This document shows, in pieces, positions 59,002 through 64,000 of a stretch of 64,000 nucleotides of DNA (position 1 is the stretch's first letter; each line of letters begins with the position of its first letter). A model generated the notes under the pieces. It saw only the letters and a list, made by a program, of their open reading frames with translations, did not search any database and was not told where the DNA came from. The DNA is taken from NCBI GenBank assembly GCA_031835245.2, contig JAVKOQ020000022.1, forward strand, positions 186,001-250,000. Direction: 5' to 3'. A program made the position numbers and the translations under genes. This DNA is from Balamuthia mandrillaris (Eukaryota).

Positions 59002-60671
59002 AAAAACCTTCAATGTTTTCATTGATGATCGCATAGGCGACAGCTGACAACTCAATATCAGGGCTCCTTGGTATAAAGATAGAGTGCACGTGCTTTGCAT
59101 CGGCCAAAAGGGTCTTCAACAACGTCATGTTGTTGGTGAGCACAGCTCGGATAACTTCCCTACTTGCAGAGACAGTAGAGCAGGACGCAGCAAAAGAATA
59201 GTCCTCATCTGATGGTAATAAAATGAAAGACGCATAAAGAGGTAAGACGCAGTGGGAATAATAAGCGTTAGCTCTGAAAAGGAAGAAAGAAGAGTACCGC
59301 TCGTGTGAGCCTTCTCCAGTTCAACAAAGAAAGGTGTGTCGCTGGTCGAGTCCCACGTGGGATCCTCCTCCAACAGAGGAATGTCCTCTTGAGGTTCGCC
59401 AAACTTGATCTTCTTCTTCTTTGCTGCAGGCCTTTGGTTTGTTGAAGTCGAGTTAGCAAACCAAAAAAATAAAATAAGAAAGGCAAAAGACAGGAAAACA
59501 AACTTTTCTTTACGAGCTCTCTTGGCTGGAGCTTTTCCGGTTGAAGATCTTCTGGGCTTGCGCATTGGTGTGGTGGCTTCTTCACCATCTTCATCTGTCT
59601 TTTTCTTTCGTGGAGTGGCAGGCGTGCTTCTCCTCTTTCTTGGCGTGGATGCGGTACTACGGCCACCTTTGCGACGAGGAGTAGAAGCACCAGCTCCGCT
59701 CTGTCTTCGCTTTCTCTTCTTGGAAGAGGTCGAGTATTCATAATCCTCTTCTTCTTCGTCTTCTTCGTCTTCCTCTTCCTCCTCATTCTCTCCTTTCTTC
59801 TGCTTTCGACGGCGAATGCTCTTCTCCTTGTCATTTTCATCCTCTTCGATCTCCTCAGGGCCACCGCCCTCCGTCAACTGCCTTTCCTTGACGTTCACCA
59901 ACCTCTGGACCTCCTGCTTGAGCACCCTGATGCCCTTCTCCTCATCCAGTTCCACCAGGCCTTTGTTGCGGATGCGACAAAAGATGCTGGCCACGGGGAT
60001 GGTACCGTAGTTGCCCGAGAAGTAGAAAACCTGCTCTCCCTCCTCCTGGATCTCCTCCGCGTTGGGCTCGATGTCCAACCAGCTGACGTGAACGTCCTCC
60101 ATTACCGGCTGTATTACGTCCTCCCGCAGGAGGGCTACCCAGAAGGACTCGGCCTCCTCCATCTCATCCTCCGCTGGGTTGACGGCCACAAAGTCGCCTC
60201 CCATGAGCGTTGGCTTCAACACGTCCGCGGAATAGACTTCATTGGTCTGGCGTTACCTCAGTGAGTGAAAAAAAAAACCAGGTAATAGTTGTTTTAAAAA
60301 AAACACTGAACCTTGACGAGCATCTGTTCCAACGTTTCGGAGCGGCGTTCTTTGTTCTTGCCTTTGCCATTGGCTTTGGAGCGCGGTTTTGTTTGCTTTG
60401 GGGGAGGCTTTTTCTTACCCCTAGTACCGGTCTTTCGTTTGGGTTTCGGCTTTTCTTCTTCCTCTTCTTCTTCTTCTTCCTCTTCCTCCTCCGCTGACTC
60501 CTTTTCTTCAGCTGCTTCTTCTTCCTCCTCCTCCTCCTCTTCTTCGCTCTCTTCCTTGCCTTTTTCTTTGCTTTCCACCTCCATTTCCTCTTCCTCCGCT
60601 TCCCCGGCAGCAACAACTTTCGTCTTGTGCGCGGCGGCGGTAGTGCCGTTCGTCTGAGCTTCTTCTTCCAT
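50122..60671 (-). CDS. Large ankyrin-repeat - WGR - PARP regulatory - PARP catalytic protein (PME-5/tankyrase-like architecture); many exons
   Basis: LLWHGS, GYAFGKGVYFADMFAKSFGY, LLLCEVALG, HNEYIVYD (H-Y-E triad); WGR (FYKMQV...RWGRIG...FEKIFKAKTGNLW); regulatory domain (LPFGQL, SNKFYELIPH); many ANK repeats at about 52700-59150. Confidence 0.92.
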
Positions 60672-61353
60672 TCGTCGTTACCGGGTTTCGCCTCAAGAAA
60701 AAAAAGTTGGGTTGTTGTCCGTGCGCGTGCGTTTATTTGTTGTTGTCGAGGTGGTGGTGGTGGTTATTTGTGCTCCTCGTCAAACTAACTAAATAGAAAA
60801 CATTTCATTGCCGGCTGAAAAAAAAGGGCAAATCGTTCCTGGAATTACAATCAACAAATTCCAAGTATAATTGCATACAGGGCTGTAGAAAACTTGCACA
60901 TGAATGGAAAAAAATTTCTCAGCGAGGCTGCTTGTCGCCAACTCATGGATTCTCAATATTCAATGCAACACGATAAAGGAACTTGGTGGTGCCGGGAGGT
61001 TCTTTGCCCGCATCGATAATCTTTGGTTACGGTTTTCTTAATTGTTTCAGCTGAAAGAAAACCAAAACGTCAGACTTTCATTCCCCTTTTTTTTTTCTTT
61101 GATCCAAAAAAGTTCGAAGAAATTATTTTTGAATTGTCCCAATCAATTTTTGGTCCATTTTCTGATTTTTGATTGGACGTTTGAAACCAAAAACAATTTC
61201 GTATCCTTAGCAACGCCCTTATAAGGTAATTCTGTCACAAAAACAAACTCAGAACACCACACCACCAACCATCTCTCGCGCAGGAGAGGAGAGAGGGTTT
61301 TGCCCAGTTTTCATTTGTTGAACGCACTTATACCACGAGTGAGAGAAAAAAAA

Positions 61354-61679
61354 ATGATGGAGCTTTCCCCTGCTCCCGTGCGCCTCAACTCCACTTCAAG
61401 AGGTGGCGCTCCTTCTGAGGAGATGAAGGGCATGAAGGCCTGTTGGGTGTCGCTTCCTGGCAGCGCCCACGACTCGACCGTGCTCCTTATGGATGAGACC
61501 AACGGGGCGTACTGCAGGATATCCTTGCTCGGCGGTACCCTCTTGGAACTCGCGCTGCCCTCATCCCCCGGTAGCTCTGACCTCGCTGAAATCTTTCAGA
61601 CTCAAGGTCTGTCGTAGAGCTCCCTGCCATGCAAGTTTTCCCACTGCGTTTATTTTCTGACATTTTTCTTACTTTCTGT

Positions 61680-61726
<47 letters not shown>

Positions 61727-62813
61727 GAGTCGGTTCAGCTGGCTTGAAGTTGGTTTGTTGCTTCTCTCTTCTTGTTGTGTTATCCTTTTTTTTGGGACTG
61801 ATTGGTAGCACAGATCCCATGGCCCAACAGGGTGGACAACGGGGAGTACGAACTGCCGCCAGGAAAGAAGCATCAGCTGCCCATCAACGAGACCGCCCGC
61901 AACAACGCCATCCATGGCCTGCTCCCCAAAAAGACCATGCAGGTGAACAGCCTGCACTGCACGGAGAACGTGGCGCAGGCCCTGTTGAGCTATCGCTTCG
62001 ACGGCAAGGACGAGGGCTATCCCTTTGAGCTCTACGTGGAGGTCAACCATCGCTTGGTTAGAGGCGCTGGCTTGACTGTCACCACCACCGTTCGTTCACA
62101 TTTCCCTCTCTTGCTTTCTTGATTCGTCTCTCATTGTTCTACTCTTTCTTCTCGAAACAAAGGCCTATAACGTCGGTAAAGAGCCACTGCCTTTTGGGGA
62201 TGGATGGCATCCTTACGTCAAACTTTTGGCCAAGAGTGAGCAAGAAGCAGAGGACAAGGAAGAACCAACAAACATCCCCTTGGATGACCTCTATCTTACC
62301 GTTACTACGTCGCCACCTTCGACTTCCTCGCAATTTGAAGAGCTGTTGGTGAACGAACGGATGATCCCAACTGGCGAACGAAGTGCGTGGGCCGGCATGC
62401 AACAACAATCCCTCTCCGGCCTCTCCTTCGACACTGGCTTCTTCGTTGGTAACAAAGGTTCATCCACCGCCTCCAACAACAACAAAGTCCTTTGCAAGCT
62501 GAGCTCCTCTTCTTCATCCACCCCAACAATCGTCTTGTGGCAAGAGCAAGAGGCCTATCCGTACTTGCAGATCTACACACCGCCCAACAGGAGGAGCATC
62601 GCGTTGGAGCCCATGAGCATGCCCACCAATGGCTTCAACACGGGCGAGTTCCTGGAGTTGCAGCCCTTGGCAGAGGGAGAGGAGAGGCGGGAGGTGCTGG
62701 CCTTGGCGGAGAGGATTAACAGCTGCGCGGAGACATACCAACTTTCGGAGGAGGAGAGGCGCAGATGGCAGGGAAAACTCTTTGTGGGAAGTTACGGCGT
62801 TTATCTGGAGTGA
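61354..62813 (+). CDS. Aldose 1-epimerase (galactose mutarotase-like) family protein; multi-exon
   Basis: IPWPNRVDNGEY, NNAIHGL, GYPF, PFGDGWHPY, FDTGF, YLQIYTP, SIALEPMS. Confidence 0.9.
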
Positions 62814-63034
62814 CAAAAAAAGAACGGGAAATGAATATAAAATGGCTGAGTGGAAGAAAAAAGAACAGGAATAAAAGCCACAGAATAACAAAAAAGAAAG
62901 AAGGCAAGAAAAAGCAACAAAAAAAACAGAAGAAAGAAATAGAAACTAAACAAACAATAGAAGCACGGCACAGGAAGCAGAAATATAGAAGAATAGGGTT
63001 ATGGTTTGTTAGTTTGGTTGAAGAATGAATTCGC

Positions 63035-63328
63035 TCATTTCCGAACGGACATCTCTTCGGCGGTGAGAGGCCTTCGAAGTTTTCTCTTTTGGAGGTTGCA
63101 GTCTTGGAGCATGACGTGGGGAATGTCAATGCCGAAAACCATTTGCGTGCCAGTCACGAAGCAGACCATTTCTTGGTTGGAAAGCTGCGAGGAGGGGTTG
63201 ATGGCGGGTTTGTTTCTCTGCTCACTGGAAGCTGTGTATTGACCCTCACCGTTCACACAGTAAAGAGTGATTTTCACCTGTTGAACAACGCAATCATGAG
63301 ACCAAAAGACAGAAACGCAAAGAAGAGA

Positions 63329-63388
<60 letters not shown>

Positions 63389-63413
63389 CAGAGACAGAGA
63401 CAGAGACAGAGAC

Positions 63414-63475
<62 letters not shown>

Positions 63476-63526
63476 GAGAGAGACAGAGACAGAGACAGAG
63501 ACAGAGAGACAGAGAGACAGAGAGAC

Positions 63527-63557
<31 letters not shown>

Positions 63558-64000
63558 CAGAGAGAGAGCGCGCAGCAGAAACGAGCACAAAAACCAAGAA
63601 CAAAAGAAGAAATAAGACAAGGCGAACGGAGCAAAGGCTGAAACAAAAAAAACGGAACCTCTTCTTGAATAGCCTTATCAATGTCAAAGGTCAGCTCAAG
63701 TTCATCTCTGTCGGCACGGCTACGCGCTCCTTGCCGGTGGTAACGGACCGTCAACTTGTTCCTGCCCTTCAGCACTTCCACTTCAAAATGATACTTATCC
63801 CCTCGGTCTTGCACTTGTTTGCCTTCCCAATTTTCGGAATAGGTCTGATTTTGATGAAGCAGTAAAACCAAAAAAAAAAAAAAAAACGTAGTAGAACGAA
63901 AAAATTATAAATGTATAAAAAATACATTAATCTTGATTACAAGCAAGACACAATGGATAAACCAAAACAAAAACGAACCCCAAAAACCATGTCTCCCAAT
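63035..64000 (-). CDS. 3' part of an unknown gene entering from the right edge
   Basis: Coding-like exons about 63860-63659 and 63277-63035, joined in frame over a 381-nt microsatellite intron (63278-63658). Confidence 0.65.
63324..63568. repeat. Compound (AG)n/(AGAGAC)n microsatellite, intronic
   Basis: Seen directly. Confidence 0.95.

Overview
This is eukaryotic nuclear DNA: gene-dense (about 26 protein-coding loci in 64 kb), rich in GT-AG introns, and the introns are filled with sense-strand (CT)n/(CTT)n microsatellites. Gene content and style suggest a free-living amoebozoan protist (Balamuthia/Acanthamoeba-like); this is inference only. Most long ORF-track entries are exon fragments or low-complexity artefacts, so gene models were rebuilt by hand and exon boundaries are approximate unless stated. 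Recognisable genes: a circularly permuted Ras (cpRAS)-Zn finger-VWA protein with an extra SAM-like domain, a secreted AUDH-type beta-propeller, a DUF1749 hydrolase, a globin-cytochrome b5 fusion, a CAP/PR-1 membrane protein, LSm7, a giant ANK-SPRY-ANK-MATH-ANK-BTB protein, NmrA-like, RFT1, a WBP4/ZOP1-type U1 zinc finger, DPH6-RidA, a FEX fluoride exporter, a split pseudo-cyclase, an LRR-BC-box protein, a SAP-domain protein, a 10.5-kb ANK-WGR-PARP and an aldose 1-epimerase. The most striking item is one spliced gene (45438->41978, minus) fusing a divergent ubiquitin (K48R, ending RGG-Pro), a prokaryote-type VWA domain and a Josephin-like Cys-His-Asp deubiquitinase. It sits in an accessory-looking 38-48 kb block with a virus-type F-box-ankyrin gene, frameshifted duplicated membrane-protein genes, a 33-bp minisatellite and a possible SUFU-like gene. 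No tRNA, rRNA, CRISPR array or intact transposon was recognised.
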